Positions 13,343-26,754 of a stretch of DNA of 64,000 nucleotides are shown here, piece after piece (position 1 is the first letter of the stretch; the number at the start of each line of letters is the position of its first letter). Position numbers and translations under genes: made by a program. The stretch is from Mobula hypostoma (lineage: Eukaryota): positions 2,542,001 through 2,606,000 of the forward strand of contig NC_086108.1 of assembly GCF_963921235.1 (NCBI RefSeq). The letters are read 5' to 3'. A model generated the notes under the pieces. That model was given only the letters and a program-made list of their open reading frames with translations. It did no database searches and was not told where the DNA came from.

Positions 13343-13625
13343 ATGCTAACTGCTATGCTACTGTGCCCCCCCGCCCATTTAAAAGTTTCCTAGCTTAGTA
13401 TCGCACCAAGATTTCGCACCCTATGTATTTTGGGAGGCAGTATGGAGAATTGGCTCTACCAAAGGAGGTATAAGGTGTTCCTTCCCTACGCTAGCTGGCA
13501 GGTCACCCTTGGGCAAAGTGTAACACCTCCTTAGACCCCCCCCCCCCCCGATTAGGGTCACATGAAGCCGTGGAAGCAGATGGTGGATAGGTATATGAGC
13601 AGCTGGTGCATATCACAAATCCTGG

Positions 13626-14075
13626 TTCAAAGTACTTATATGTCACCATATGCAACCCCGAGATTTATTTTTCTGTGGGCATACTCAGCAAATCTATAGA
13701 ATAGTAACTATAACAGGATCAATGAAAGATAACCACAATGCAGAAGACAACAAATTACGTGAGTGCAAATATAAATAAATAGCAATAAATAATAAGAACA
13801 TGAGATAATGAGACAGAGTCCTTGAATTGACATCATTTGTGGGTAGGAACATCTTAATGATGGGACAAGTGAGTGTAGTTATCCCCTTTTGTTTTGGAGC
13901 CTGATGGGTGAGGGGTAGTAACTGTTCCTGAAACCTGGCGGTGAGAGTCCTGAGACTCTTGTACCTTCTACCTGATGGCAGCAGTGAGAAGAGAGCATGG
14001 CCTGGGTAATGGGAGTCCCTGAGGATGGATGCTGCTTTCCTACAACAGCGTTTCATGTGGATGTGTTCAATGGTT
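13626..14075 (-). mobile_element. Rex1-like 3' fragment inserted in an RTE-related SINE (13430-13625 and 14090-14290)
   Basis: RKAASILRDSHYPGHALFSLLPSGRRYKSLRT; host repeat resumes after the insertion. Confidence 0.7.
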
Positions 14076-15300
14076 TTACCAATCATAAACTGGGTTATGC
14101 AACCACTAGCACCAGGCAGACAATCTATGAAGAGTATTAATAGATGCTGGGTCACTCGTCTTTTAAAGACACTGCCCAGAAGAAGGTAATGGCAAGCCAC
14201 GTCTGTAGAACTGTTTGCCATAAACAATCATGGTCATGGAAAGATCCTCATTGCCTACATCATACGACCCAGCACTTAATGAATAAGCAACATATGTTCA
14301 AGTCTCTTAAACTCGTGAGCTCTGACTCACTGGTGAGGGTACTGTGCAACTAGCCCTCTGAATGTGTAAGTCTCCAATCTTCAAATATTTACTTAACCAG
14401 CAGAGGCCTCTTAATTGACCTCTGTATGATCCCATTATCTATTTGAAATAATGTGTATATTAACTTTAAATGTTACGTGTTTAACCTTATAAAGGTTCCT
14501 TTCACCTGCACAAGATATTTGCTGGTGATATGTATCTGCATTGCCAATCATTATATTCTGTTGCATGGGACAGGAATATAAAGGAAGTGAATAGAAATTT
14601 GGAAAGAACCTTGAATTGCTTCATGAGTAGAAAGCTCCTTGAGAGGATTATCTCTTTTCCCTTTCATTGATCGGCTAAACGTGCTGATTCATGACTGCAG
14701 TGTAGATAGCAGCTGAACTCTGAGAATACTAACAATGGACACTAAGAGAGCAAAATGCCATGCAGCCCGTCAGGTCTGCTTGGCCATTCAGTCGTTGTCA
14801 TCACTCTCAACCTCGTTCTCCTGCCTTCTTCCGGTAACCTTTGACACTTGACTGATTTAGAACCTATCAACTTCTGCTAAATATAAACATGAGAAAGTCT
14901 GCAGACGCTGGAAATTCAAAGGTGAAGCGTTTGCCCAGTTGGACAACAATGAAGGTCCTTCATCTCTGGCGATGTTCAGGGTTTCCTTCATTGTGTCAGT
15001 AACTTCCTCTGGAAATCCAAAACAACATATACAAAATGCAGGGTGAACTCAGCAGATCAGGCAGCTTCTATGAGAAGAAGTAACAGTCGACGTTTCAGGC
15101 CGATGCCCTTCTTCAGAACTGAAGGAAGAGGGAAGATGCCGGACTTGGCCTCTACAACCATGTGTGACAATGAATTCCACAGATCACCACCCTCTGGTAA
15201 AGAAATTCTTCCTCATCTCTATTCTAAAGGGACATCCTTCTATTCTGAGAATGTGCACCTGATCCACTATTGGAAACATCCTCTGTATGTCTATCTAGGC

Positions 15301-15381
15301 CAGGGGTTTCCAACTTATTTTTCTGCATTGCACCCCTACCATTAACAGAGGGGTCCATAGATCCCAGGTTGGGAACCCTTG
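15301..15381 (+). mobile_element. hAT-Charlie type MITE with perfect 8-bp TSD (related copies at 44114-44180, 45772-45851, about 49577-49630, about 62598-62660)
   Basis: TIRs CAGGGGTTTCCAAC / GTTGGGAACCCTTG; TSD ATCTAGGC at 15293-15300 and 15382-15389. Confidence 0.85.
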
Positions 15382-16042
15382 ATCTAGGCCTTGCAGTACT
15401 CAAGTGGTTTGGAGAGGAGCGGCCACCAGTATAAATTTATTCAGGTTATTTGATTAACTGCGTTTGAAGTATGATTGATGGACGCTACCTGTAAGATCGA
15501 TTCCCGCTGCTGTCTGTAAAGAGTTTGTGCATCCTCCCTGTGATCATGCTGGTTTCCTGCGGGTGCTCCAGATTTCTCCCACATTCCAAAGATATACGGT
15601 TGGGTTAGTGAGTTGTGGACATGCTATGTTGCTAATGGAAGCATGGTGACACTTGCCTGCTGCTCAGCGCAATCATCACTGATTTGATTTAATACAAATA
15701 ACGCATTTCACTGTGTGTTTCAATGCACGTGTCATAAATAAAGAATTGTTTCCTTTTGTATTTCTAGTATTTCATTAAATTCTTTCTTTTTGCATTTGCA
15801 TATCAATTCAACTTTTAAAAACAAAAATTAAATGCTTTGACCTGGAGCTTTCTGGAATCATACAGCTGGATGTTCTATCAAATGTGGGCGTAGGTTTGGG
15901 CTCCCATACGAGAATGCACGAAAGTACTGAACTTCTACAACACTGACGCTGCTAGCAGGAGCTCTGTGCTTCAGTGCTGAACTCCTTGCAGCTTGCCAGT
16001 AGTCCCTTCACTAGGAACACCCAGTGCCCTAACTAATGTTTA

Positions 16043-16262
16043 AAGAAGAAGAAGAAGAAAGCCCTTAACTCCGAGTGGAGTCATCGGGACGCCGTCATGA
16101 CAGCATTTTCTTAGCAGGCTTTCTTATTTTTACGAGGCTGAGTTGCTAGCTCGACGCTCAACCCAGCACAGATGGAAAGCGTGCAAGGGAGCCGGCTGGA
16201 TTCGAACTCGGGAGCCTTCGCTCCAAAGTCAGGCGCTGATGCCACTATGCCACCAGCTGGCC
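16043..16262 (-). mobile_element. tRNA-derived SINE with (TTC)n tail and long TSD (related copies about 3060-3360, 56080-56290)
   Basis: Minus strand A box TGGCATAGTGG, B box GAGTTCGAATCC; flanked by direct repeat (CC)TAACTAATGTTTA at 16028-16042 and 16261-16275. Confidence 0.8.
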
Positions 16263-16984
16263 TAACTAATGTTTACACCTTGGGGTAATCTTCTGTTGAG
16301 AAAGATTACTTTTCTAATTTTACAGCCTTCTTCATGAAAGCTTGCTACGTGGCAATTAGTTGCTATATATTTCTTTGTCACAACAGTGTTATTTTCGGTT
16401 AAAGCTGGCAGAGGCCATCTGTGAATGGAGAGGAGTTGTTGCCTGTATAAAGCTGTGTGCATTTTTTGAGTTCACTTTCTCAGTACAGTGGATTCTGGTT
16501 AATTGGGACACATTGGGACCAGTACATTTTGGCTCAATTAGCTGAGTTGCATGGAACTAGTTAAAAAGACAAACAAAAAAGACAAACTACTGGGCATTCA
16601 ACCAGTGTGCAAAGGACAACAAACTGCAAATACAAAAAGAAAGAATAATAATAATAAACAAATAAGCCATAAATATCAAGAACATGAGGTGAAGAGACCT
16701 TGAAAGTGAGTTCATTGGTTGTGGGAACAGTTCAATGATGGAGCAAGAAAAATTGAGTGAAGTTACCCCATTTGGTTCAAGAGCCTGATGGTTGAGGGAT
16801 GATAACTGTTCCTGAACATGGTGTTGTGAGTTCTGAGGCTCTTGTACCTTCTTCCTGATGGTAGCAAGAAGAAAGCATGAACTAGATAGTGGGGCTCCCT
16901 GATGTAAAAATGCCTAATGCCAAATAACTTGAATTTCCTGTCTATGTTAGTAGCTAAATACTATCTTGCTTCCTTTTTCCTCAT

Positions 16985-17905
16985 AAACACGAAATTCTGC
17001 AGATGCTGGAAATCCAGAGCAACATAAGCAAAATGCAGGAAGATCTCAGCAGTTCAGACAGCATCTATAGAGAGGAATGAAGAGTCAATGATTCGGGCCG
17101 AGACCCGGCATCAGGAATGGAATGGAAAGAGGCAGAAGCCAGAATAAAAGGGGGGGGGGAGGTGAGGGAGTACAAGCTGGAAGGTGATGGGTTGAAGGGT
17201 TAAGAGCTGAAGAAGGTGGAATCTGATAGGAGATGAGAGTGGGCCACAGGAGAAAGGGAAGGAGGAGTGGAATCAGAGAGAGGTGATAGGCAGATGAGGA
17301 GAAGATAAGGGGTAAGAGTGAAGCCGGAATGGAAAAAGGAAAATGTGTGAGGGGGGCGAAATTACCAGAAAGTGGCTATGGAGACCAGGTCACTGGGTGT
17401 ATTTAAGATGGCGATTAGTTAAGAAGTAAAAGATTGTGGGGAAAAGACGGGGGTCTAGGGTTGAGAGGGAAATGGATCAACCATGATGAAATGATGGAGC
17501 AGAATTGATGGGACAAATTGCCTAATTTTTCTCCTATGTCTTATGGTCATATGAAAGTTAGTGCAGTCAATATTCATGCCATCAGGTTTGCTACCCAGAC
17601 GGAGTTAGAGGTTTTGCTCCTCCAACCTTAGTGGCAGTAGAGGTGGCCGTGGACCAACATGCCAGAATGGAAATACGATTGTAATTAAAATGGTTGACCA
17701 GCAGGAAATACTGCTTGTCACAGAGGGAGTGAAGGTGTTGGATATAGCGGTCCCCCAGTCTACATCGGGTCTCAACCACTGTAAAGGAGGCCACCCTGAA
17801 GACTCACAGGTGAAGTGTTGCACAGGGAAGGACTGTTTGAAGCCCTGCTTAGTGGTGACGGCAGAGGTGAACGGGCAGGTGTAGCCCTTTTTCCGTTGGC
17901 AGGGA
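16985..17905 (-). mobile_element. Penelope-like element fragment with an internal CR1 3' piece
   Basis: VVETRCRLGDRYIQHLHSL...NHFN GIY-YIG remnant; pLTR with degenerate hammerhead at about 17080-17120. Confidence 0.7.
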
Positions 17906-18320
17906 TAAGATCCTAACAGGTTCTACCACTAATCAGAAAACGAATCTCGGGGTTGTATATGGTGACATATAAGTACTTCGATAATAAATTTACTTTGAAC
18001 TTAAAATTTGCTTTTAAACTGGTAGAATAGTGAAGTATGATTGGATATGATGTATTTTGTTGTATGTTTCAATGTACATGTGAAAAATAAATCTTTTAAA
18101 ATAAGCCATCTTTATAATCTTTAACTTTATACTGGTCATCTCCCACAACCTCCCCCATCTTTCAGTACAGAGGAACAGTCTTGACTGAGACGTCAACTGT
18201 CTATTCCCCTCCGCAGATGCTGCCTGAACAGTAGAATTCCTGTAGTACCTCATTTGTTTGCTTTGTTTCTTATCCACTGTGTTATAGAGTGGAAGTGACA
18301 AATTATTTTTTGTTTTGCAG

Positions 18321-18464
18321 ATGAAGCGAGCATTGATCAGTTCTCCTCCACTGGACATGCTCCCACCCCCAGAGGGAAGGAAATCCAGAGCATGGTTTTG
18401 CCTCAAGGCCTCTGGTATCGGTGCCAGACCTCGTCTGTTTACGCCATACATCGAGGAAGCCAAG
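18321..18464 (+). CDS. Exon of unidentified protein-coding gene (MKRALISSPP...FTPYIEEAK)
   Basis: tttttgttttgcag acceptor; 144 nt; AAG|gcaagt non-canonical GC donor; phase 0 joins exon 23671. Confidence 0.75.
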
Positions 18465-21400
18465 GCAAGTTGATATAAAGCAACTAGTTCATTTTACCAG
18501 TATTAGAATGCAGCAGTTCAAAATATTGCAGAGAAATGCTGTAGTTAAGTGTTGCCATTGGGCAGAAGGTACAGAAGCCTTAGATCCCACACCACCAGGT
18601 TAGGAATAGTTATTACCCTTCAACCATCAGTTTTCTGAACCAGCATGGTTAATTTCACTCACCTCAACATTGAATTGATTCCACAACTTATAGATTCACT
18701 TTCAGGGACTCGACAACTCATGTTCTCAGTATTATTTATTTACTTATTTATGTACTATTAATTTTATTTATTTTTTGTATTTGCGCAGTTTGTCTTTTGC
18801 ACATTGATTGTCAGTCATTGTAGCTTTTCTTTGATTTTGTAGTGTTTTTTTGTTCTACCCTGAATGCCTGCAAGAAAATGAATCTCAGGGTAGTATATGA
18901 TGACATAAAATCAAATCAAATCAAGTTCAATTTTAATTATCGTTCAACCATACATGAATACAGCTGAATGAAACAGCATTCCTCTGGGGCTAATGTACAA
19001 AATGTACACAGCACATTCAAAATAACAAGCAAAACAAAACATAGTAATGCCAAAAAAAACATAACCAAGTCTCTGAGCGATATGTCCCGTAAATTGATGG
19101 TACAGTTCCCAGCAGTGCGCAGACGCACACAATCCAGCCTGTCATCCCACTGATCGAGCATTGGAAAACAGCTCTGACAGGAGAGGCCACCCCCAGTGGA
19201 GCACGGAGCCACGCTGCACCACCTTCGGCGTCCCCTCTCCTGGTCAGCAGCAGCAGGTAAGCCCGTGGCTTGAGGCCTAGTCTTTGCCACAACCAAGGCC
19301 ACGCAGCTACTCTGCTGTCTGTCGAACCACCAAACAAGGGAAACAGGCCAGCCGCATCTTATATTATCAATATCACGTATTTTGATAATTACTTTGAAGT
19401 CTGTACAGCCATATCTTTAATGCATCCAGCCTGTGACATTATATAAAACCCAGGGCTCGTTCCACCTCACTTCCTTGTTTGTTAACTCGTGATTTAATGC
19501 TTGCTAATTAGCAGTGGGTTTTATTTGTCCTGTGAGTCTGCATATTGCTTTAAAGTAAAACTTTATTAACAAGATATGTATCTGTCACCATATTTATTTT
19601 TATATATTTATTTAAAGCTACAATGCAGAATAGGTCCTTCCAGCCCTTTGAGCCTTGCCACCCAGCAATTGCCCAATTTAGTCATAGCCTAGTCACGGGA
19701 CAATCTGCAATGACCAATTAACCTACCTACCATCCGGTGCTGAGGGAGGAAACCAGACCAGACCACCCGAGGAAACCCACACGGTCACGGGGGAGAACGT
19801 GCCAACTCCATACAGGCAGTGGCGGGAGTTGAACCCCAGTCGCTGCTACTGTAAAACATCGTGCTAACCACTACGTTACCATTACGCTTGAGATTCATTT
19901 TCTGGCAGGCATTCACAGTAGAACAAAGAAATGCGATAGAATCGGTGAAAAACTGCACACAAAGTCTGACAAACAACAATGCAAAAGAAGGAAACTGTGC
20001 AAATACAAACAAAATAATAGTGAAAATAAATAACACTGAGCACATGAGGTATAGAGTCTTTGAAAGTGAGTCCATAGGTTGTGGAGTCACTTCAGAGCTG
20101 AGGTGAGTGAAGTTATCCACGCTGCTTTAGGAGCCTGATGGGTGATGGTTAACAACTGTTCCAATGGCTCCTGTACCACCTTCTCAACAGCAAAAAGAAG
20201 AGAGCATGGTCTCGATGGTGGAGGTCCCTTCTAAAAGGACGCCTCTCTATTCTGGTCCTAGACTCTCCCACTGTAGGAAACATCCTCTCCACATCCACTC
20301 TTATCAAGGCCTTTCAATATTCAACAGGTTTCAATTAGGTCACCCCTCATTCTTCTGAGTTCTAGTGAGGACTGGCCTTGAGCCATCAAAGACTCATCAA
20401 AAGACAAGCAGTTCAATCCCGGAATCCTTTTCGTGAACCTCCTTTGAACCCTCTTCAGTGTCAATACATGCCCTCTAAGATAAGGGACCCAAAGCTGCTT
20501 ACAAGTGAGGCCTCACCAGTGTTTTATAAAGCCTCAACATTTCATCCTTGCTTTTATATTCTAGCCCTCTTGAAATGAATGCTGACATCATGTTTGCATT
20601 CCTCACCACCAACTCAACCTGCAAAATAACCTCTAGGGAATCCTGCATAAGGACGCCCAAGTTCCTTTGCGCCTCCAATTTTTGAATTTTCTCTCCATGA
20701 ATACCTATGGCCTTTTTGCCAAAGTGAGCACTCAAGTATGCAGCATTTTAAAAAGAAAAGTCTTGATTTATTTATGCAGCATTTAATATTAGAAATTCAT
20801 TTTCTCAGCATTGTTCTGCTCTGAAGAGAGATTAAGAGGTGTTCAGAATTATGTAGGACTTTGATAAGAGTAGGTCACCATTGCCCAAGAGCAGGGTAAA
20901 ATTTAATTTTTGTTTAGAGATACTGCACATTTGGAGAATCTGTGGAATTTGTGGCCACAGGTGGCTGTGGAGACAAGTCATTGGGCATATTTAAGGCAGA
21001 GGTTGATAGATTCTTGAATAGTCAAGGCATGAAGAGATGTGGGGAGAGGGAAAATAGATCAGCCATGGTAAAATGGCAGAGCAGACTCAATGGGCCACAT
21101 GGCCCAGTTCTACTCCTATATCTTACAATCTTAATGCAACAGGCCCTTCCAGCCCATTGAGCCCACACCACCCAATTACACCCACGTGGCCTATTTATTT
21201 ATCTATTGAGGTATAGTGCAGAACAGGCCCTTCGAGACACGCCACCCAGCAATCCCAGCCTAATCACAGGACAGTTTACAACAACCGATGAACCTACCAA
21301 CCAATACAACTTTGGAGTGTGGGAGGAAACCGGAGCACCCGGAGGAAACCCACACAGTCATGGGAGAACGTACAAACTCCTTACAGGCAGCTGCGTGAAT

Positions 21401-21874
21401 TGACCTTGGGTTGCTGGTGCTGTAAAGTGTTGTGCTAACCACTACTCAACTATGCCAGCCACAAAAAGCCAGTGAAATGGGTGTAAAATGAGGGGCTAAC
21501 ACAAAATTGTAAATAAGAATCATTTTTTAGTATAAAATTGATCTGTAAGCAATGCACTGTCTGAAAGGGAATTGGAAACTAATCCATTGTTAACTTTCAA
21601 AGAGAAGTCAGTGTATACTTGAGGGAGTGGAAAAGGACGAACGTATAAGCCTTTGGGGTAACCTAGAGGAGTGTATGTAATTGGTTGGAACTTTCAAAGA
21701 CTTGTTACGTTTGTGATGGGCCAAATGGCTTCTTGGCTCACGTGTTTCTCAATTGTGGCTGACTTTGCATACTGACTGATTAGTAATCCCCACTCTCCAC
21801 AGAGTTTACAGCACTCAAATATAGTCCATTGGTTCACTGAATACATTTAGTTTAATTCAGAAAATGTGTAGCTT

Positions 21875-21970
21875 GGGTGGTTAATGGCTGGGTTGTGTTG
21901 TTCTCCGATCTTGGCGATTTAATTCCCAATGTTTCATCACCATATGAGGAGACATCATCAGTGCGCGGTT
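21875..21970 (-). mobile_element. Degenerate pLTR and hammerhead of a second Penelope-like family
   Basis: Minus strand gcaCTGATGAtgtctcctcatatggtgatGAAAcatt; stems partly decayed. Confidence 0.5.
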
Positions 21971-23670
21971 AATTGTGATGTATCTTATGCATGCACTGTC
22001 CTTCCCTATCATATTCCTCCTCTTAGACTACACACACAAAATGCTGGAGGAACTCAGATCAGGCAGCATCTATGAAAAAGAGTAAACAGTTGGCACTTCG
22101 AGCAGAAACTCTTCTTCAGGACTGTGAAGGAAGGGAGAAGATGCCAGAATAAAAAAGTGGGGACAGGAGGAAGCAGGCCAGTTGGGAGGTGATAGGTGAA
22201 GACAGGTGGGTGGGATAGGCAAGTGAGAAGAAGTGAAAGGTCAGAGTTGGGGAAAGGGTTTAATTCCAGGTGTAATATAAGGTGTTGCTCCTCCACACTG
22301 AAATACAATCAGCTTACAGCCTTTTCACCAGCTTTTAACCCTCCTATGGGCAATAAAGACTTCTGCTCGTATCAAAGTCCTAAACAAGTCTGAACATCAA
22401 AGCAGAACAATGCAGAGACTAGACGAGGAAATTAATTTCTAATGTTAAATGTTGCATAAATCATGATTTTTTTTCTGCTACACTCTTAAGTTGAATGTTC
22501 ATTTTGGCAAAAGGCCATGGATTCCTTTTCAAAGAAAAAACTACCAGCTTGACTGATCTAAATAAAAGCAAGACAATTGCAACAGCAAACCAATTTTTTT
22601 AAAAAAGAAATCCTTGAGAAATATATTTGTTAGTTAGGGTTTGTTCACGAAACTGATGTTAAGTCTTGAAGTGTGGTTTTGAGGGTCTTGTACTTGCCGC
22701 ATATCCCAGTTAGGGGTGGGATGGTCACTGATGTTTTGATTGACAGAAGAATTACCCAATTAAGTTCCCAATTGGCTGGTAGGCTGACAGATTGTCACAT
22801 TATACAGCCAATACAGAAAGGTGCTGTAGCTGTCTTTATTCCTCGAGACATTCCCTTGAATAAGACCTCCTTACCAGATTCCTTCTGTCCTTCCAAAAGA
22901 GACTATAGCCAGTCCTTGGCCCATTCATCCTCTTTCCATAAGTCGAGTCAAGTCAAGTTTATTGTTATTTAACTATGTACATGTATACCGTCAAATGAGA
23001 CTACTTTTCTCCGTACTAGGGTGTAAAGCACTGAAGTACACATAACACACATATAACACACAAGAATTTATGAAAGTGAGAATAAAATCTATAGATGAAT
23101 TACACATAAATAAACAAAGTGCATAAATTAAATATTGTAAGGTACACAGTGAATTAGCCAGTGAAACTTCGAATACGATGCGGCAGAGAGTTCAAGAGCC
23201 TAATGGCCTGAGGGAAGAAACTATCCCGTCCTGACCATTCTTGTCTTCATGTATTGGAGTCTCCTGCCTAGTGGTAGATTGTCAAAGAGGATGCTGGATG
23301 GGTGGGATCCTTGATAATACTAAGGGCCCTGCATGCTTTTCATAAAGAAGTGTATGTACAGAGTGCAATCAAAGCCACGTTCTCAAAGATATTAATAGAT
23401 CATTAGACCATAAAACATAGGAGCAGGATTTGACCCATTGTACCTGCTCTCCCATTTCTTCATCGTTGTTCTATCCCTCTTAACTCCTGCCTTCTCAACA
23501 CACCCACTAATCAAGAACTTACCAACTTCCACTTTAAATGTACCCAATGACTTGGCCTCCACAGCTGTCTGTTGCAATCAGTTGCACAGGTATGGTCTGC
23601 TTGGAATAAGCAAAACAACTAATGTCACCAAAAATACTGGAAAAACCAAGTGCAAGTTCTTTCCATTTAG

Positions 23671-23857
23671 ATCGTGCTGGATGAGCTGATGTCAGAGCAG
23701 AGCAGTCTGGAAAAGGTTCGAATGAGCCGGATCTCCAGTGTCCCAGACACTCTCTACATGGTTGACTCCAGCGTAGCGGATTTTTCTCGTTTTAATTCTG
23801 GATCACCCCAGGGATGTGATGAAAGTGTTTCTGCCACTCTGCGAGATGAAGTACCTG
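23671..23857 (+). CDS. Exon (IVLDELMSEQ...TLRDEVP)
   Basis: ttctttccatttag acceptor, CTG|gtaggt donor, 187 nt, phase 0 in and phase 1 out. Confidence 0.85.
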
Positions 23858-24013
23858 GTAGGTTGACTAATGTTGATGGGTCAGAGTTCTCCCAGAAGTG
23901 TTGAGTTGCCCTTGAACTCTTTGACTGTAATACCGGACATTTGTTATGTATTGACTTGCTGCGACATGGAAAGAGGGTGTTTGAATCAGAATCGAGTTTA
24001 ATATCACTGCCAT

Positions 24014-24552
24014 ATGTCCGCACTCAGGTTGGAGGAACAACACCTTATATTCCGTCTGGGTAGCCTCCAACCTGATGGCATGAACATTGACTTCTCTAAC
24101 TTCCGTTTGTGCCCCACCTCCCCTTCGTACCCCATTCCTTATTTATTTATTTATTATTATTGGGTTTTTTTCCCTCTCTTTTTTCTCCCTCTGTCCCTCT
24201 CACTATAACTCCTTGTCTATCCTCTGGGCTCCCCTCCCCTTTCTTTCTCCCTAGTCCTCCCATCCCATGAGCCTCTCCCTTTTCCAGCCTCGTATCCCTT
24301 TTGCCAATCAACTTTCCAGCTCTTAGCTCCAATCCTCCCCCTCCTGTCTTCTCCTATCATTTTGGATCTCCCCCTCCCCTTCCCACTTTCAAATCTCTTA
24401 CTATCTCTTCTTTCAGTTAGTCCTGACGAAGGGTCTCGGCCCAAAACGTCAACTGTACCTCTTCCTAGAGATGCTGCCCGGTCTGTTGCGTTCACCAGCA
24501 TTTTTTATGTGTGTTGCTTGAATTTCCAGCATCTTCAGATTTTCTCATGTTT
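24014..24552 (+). mobile_element. Young Penelope-like 3' end (endonuclease C-terminus plus pLTR with hammerhead motif at about 24418-24455)
   Basis: LRLEEQHLIFRLGSLQPDGMNIDFSNF; CTGACGAagggtctcggccc-AAAAC-GTC (G12 lost). Confidence 0.85.
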
Positions 24553-24637
24553 GTGTCGTGAAATTTGTTGACTTTGCAACAGCACTATAATGCAATACAT
24601 AATAATAGAGGAAAAAACTGTTAATTGCAGTAAGTAT

Positions 24638-25469
24638 TGTTACGTACCCCATAACTGGGTTGCCAAACCAGCAGAAGTGGACCACGTGTTGGAGTCTGGT
24701 TTAACAGAAACTAATAAAGTTTTATTAAAGAAATAAGTAACACAGTACTCTAATCGTAAGGATATAAATGCAACAGGTTAGCACTGATAAAACACACATG
24801 TACACAGAACTAGGGTAATAGGAATCAATCAAGCTCTATCGCAGTCCGGGGGTAAAATGATCAGTCTTAAATGACGCAGAGTTCAGTTCAGTTTAGTACA
24901 GTTCGCAGTAATCGCTGTTGTGCCGTTGGAAAGAGAGAGAGAGGATGCAAATTTTGATTCAAACAGACCTTTGATGTTCTTCGCAGTTAGCTTTCGGGCG
25001 AACCCTTTTATGTCTTCTGTGGTCACCGACTGTGACCCCTCCGTTCCGGATACGACCGTTCTTCCACGGTGAACCCGGCACCCAGGCAAGGGCGGACACA
25101 CACACCAGGTTCCCGCCGATCGTCCCTTTTCACCCTGTCAGTTTATGGTCGGTTCCCTTGAACCAGACCTCCAACTCGCACCAACTTGTGGGGGCACACC
25201 GCTCTTCCAGGGTCTCGTTATCTCATGATCTCGTGGTGTGTGTCGTGCCTTAGTGAACCTGTTCTTTTTATCCCCCTGCTGGGGTATCGCCTGTCCATCA
25301 AACTTCAAACAGTTCAGGTTCAAAGCAACCAGTCTGTCAGTATTCTGAATGTGTTTCTTTTCCATTATCCCTCTCCTCTCTCATTAACATTTTGAAAGTT
25401 CCTCCATTGTCTCCCCTATCTCTCTCTCTCATTAGCATCAATCTTCTGATAACTTGGTTTTTCGTCACA
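24638..25469 (-). mobile_element. Solo LTR (832 bp), Gypsy-like
   Basis: TGTTACG...CGTCACA inverted termini; perfect 4-bp TSD GTAT (24634-24637, 25470-25473); CpG-rich; splits a Rex1 3' UTR; strand inferred from TTTATT at 24721. Confidence 0.8.
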
Positions 25470-25473
25470 GTAT

Positions 25474-26250
25474 ATATATTAGATAAATAAGTAGTGAAAA
25501 AATAGAAATAAAAAAAAATAGTGAGGTAGTGTTCATGGGTTCAATGTCATTCAGAAATCAGATGGCAAAGGGGAAGAAGCTGTTCCTGAATCGCTGAGTG
25601 TGTACCTTCAGGCGTCTGTACCTCCTTCCTGATAGTAACAGTGAGAAAAGGGCATGCCCTGGATGCTGGAGGGTCCTTAATAATGGACGCTGCCTTTCTG
25701 AGACACCGCTCCTTGAAGATGTCCTGGGTACTTTGTAGGCTAGTACCCAAGATGGAGCCGACTAAGTTTACGACCCTCTGCAGTTTCTTTCGGTCCTTTG
25801 CAGTAGCCTCCCCCCCCGCCCACCCCCATAACAGACAGTGATGCAGCCTGTCAGAATGTTCTCCACGGTACAACTATAGAAGTTTTTGAGTGTTTTTGTT
25901 GACATAGCAAATCCCTTCAGACTCCTAATAAAGTATAGTCATTGTCTTACCTTCTTTATAGCTGCTTCAGTATGTTGGGACCAGGTTAGATCCTCAGACA
26001 TCTTGACACCCAGGAACTTGAAACTGCTCACTCTCTCCACTTCCGATCCCTCTATGAGGATTGGTATGTGCTCCTTCATCTTACCCTTCCTGAAGTCCGC
26101 AATCAGCTCTTTCATCTTACTGATGTTGAGTGCAGGGTTGTTGCTGTGACACCACTCTACTAGTTGGTGTATCTCGCTCCTGTACGCCCTCTCATCTCCA
26201 TTTGAGGTTCCACCAACAATGATTGTATATTCAACAAATTTACAGATGGT
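25474..26250 (-). mobile_element. Rex1-like LINE 3' portion (its tail continues at 24553-24637 and 23984-24013)
   Basis: DRKKLQRVVNLVGSILG...RCLRKAASIIKDP. Confidence 0.8.
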
Positions 26251-26455
26251 ATCTCAATAAATATATATATTTATATATGAAATTAAAAACCTTCCAGTGG
26301 GATGAAATGTACAGAAACTGATCAGGTATATTGTTTTGTTCGGTGAACTCTATTGTATAGTACTGTTATTAACCAACTCTTAATTTTTTTTTCTCTTTCA
26401 CTCTTTCATCCTGTTTTATTTTCTTTCCTTGCCCTTTTTATCTTTTATCCTGTAG

Positions 26456-26634
26456 TGCCCCCAGTAGATGTCGCCAAGTCCATGTTCAGGCGTCTCAGGG
26501 AGATTTGGCACAGTGACCAGGTACAGCGGGCATATGCTCTGAACATCGGTGCAGGGGCCGCTGTGACCCAGGCAGTCTATTTACGGGTGGTCAGAGAGTT
26601 TGGCCTCCCAGATGCTACCACTGAGTTATTGAAG
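26456..26634 (+). CDS. Exon (VPPVDVAKSMFRRLREIWHSDQ...DATTELLK)
   Basis: Long polypyrimidine tract plus tgtag acceptor; AAG|gtaatc donor; 179 nt, phase 1 in and phase 0 out. Confidence 0.85.
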
Positions 26635-26754
26635 GTAATCGTTTTTCTCTGGAGAAGGGGCTTTCAGGGGTGGGTTGGGTATTGGAATGTCTGCAGAGTG
26701 GATGAAAGGCCAGGGATTCAGATTCATTTATTATCACATGTACATTGAAACATC

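Noticed and set aside
16170..16262. tRNA-like A and B boxes (also about 39340-39422 and V-SINE heads)
   Set aside because: These are SINE heads attached to SINE bodies and tails; no complete cloverleaf
19432..19590. TGTGAC...GTCACCA segment as a tiny solo LTR
   Set aside because: No convincing TSD and too short to support
26480..26634. Faint resemblance of the exon peptide to a G-alpha helical segment or a death-domain C-terminus
   Set aside because: No other family motifs in the neighbouring exons; too weak to name the gene
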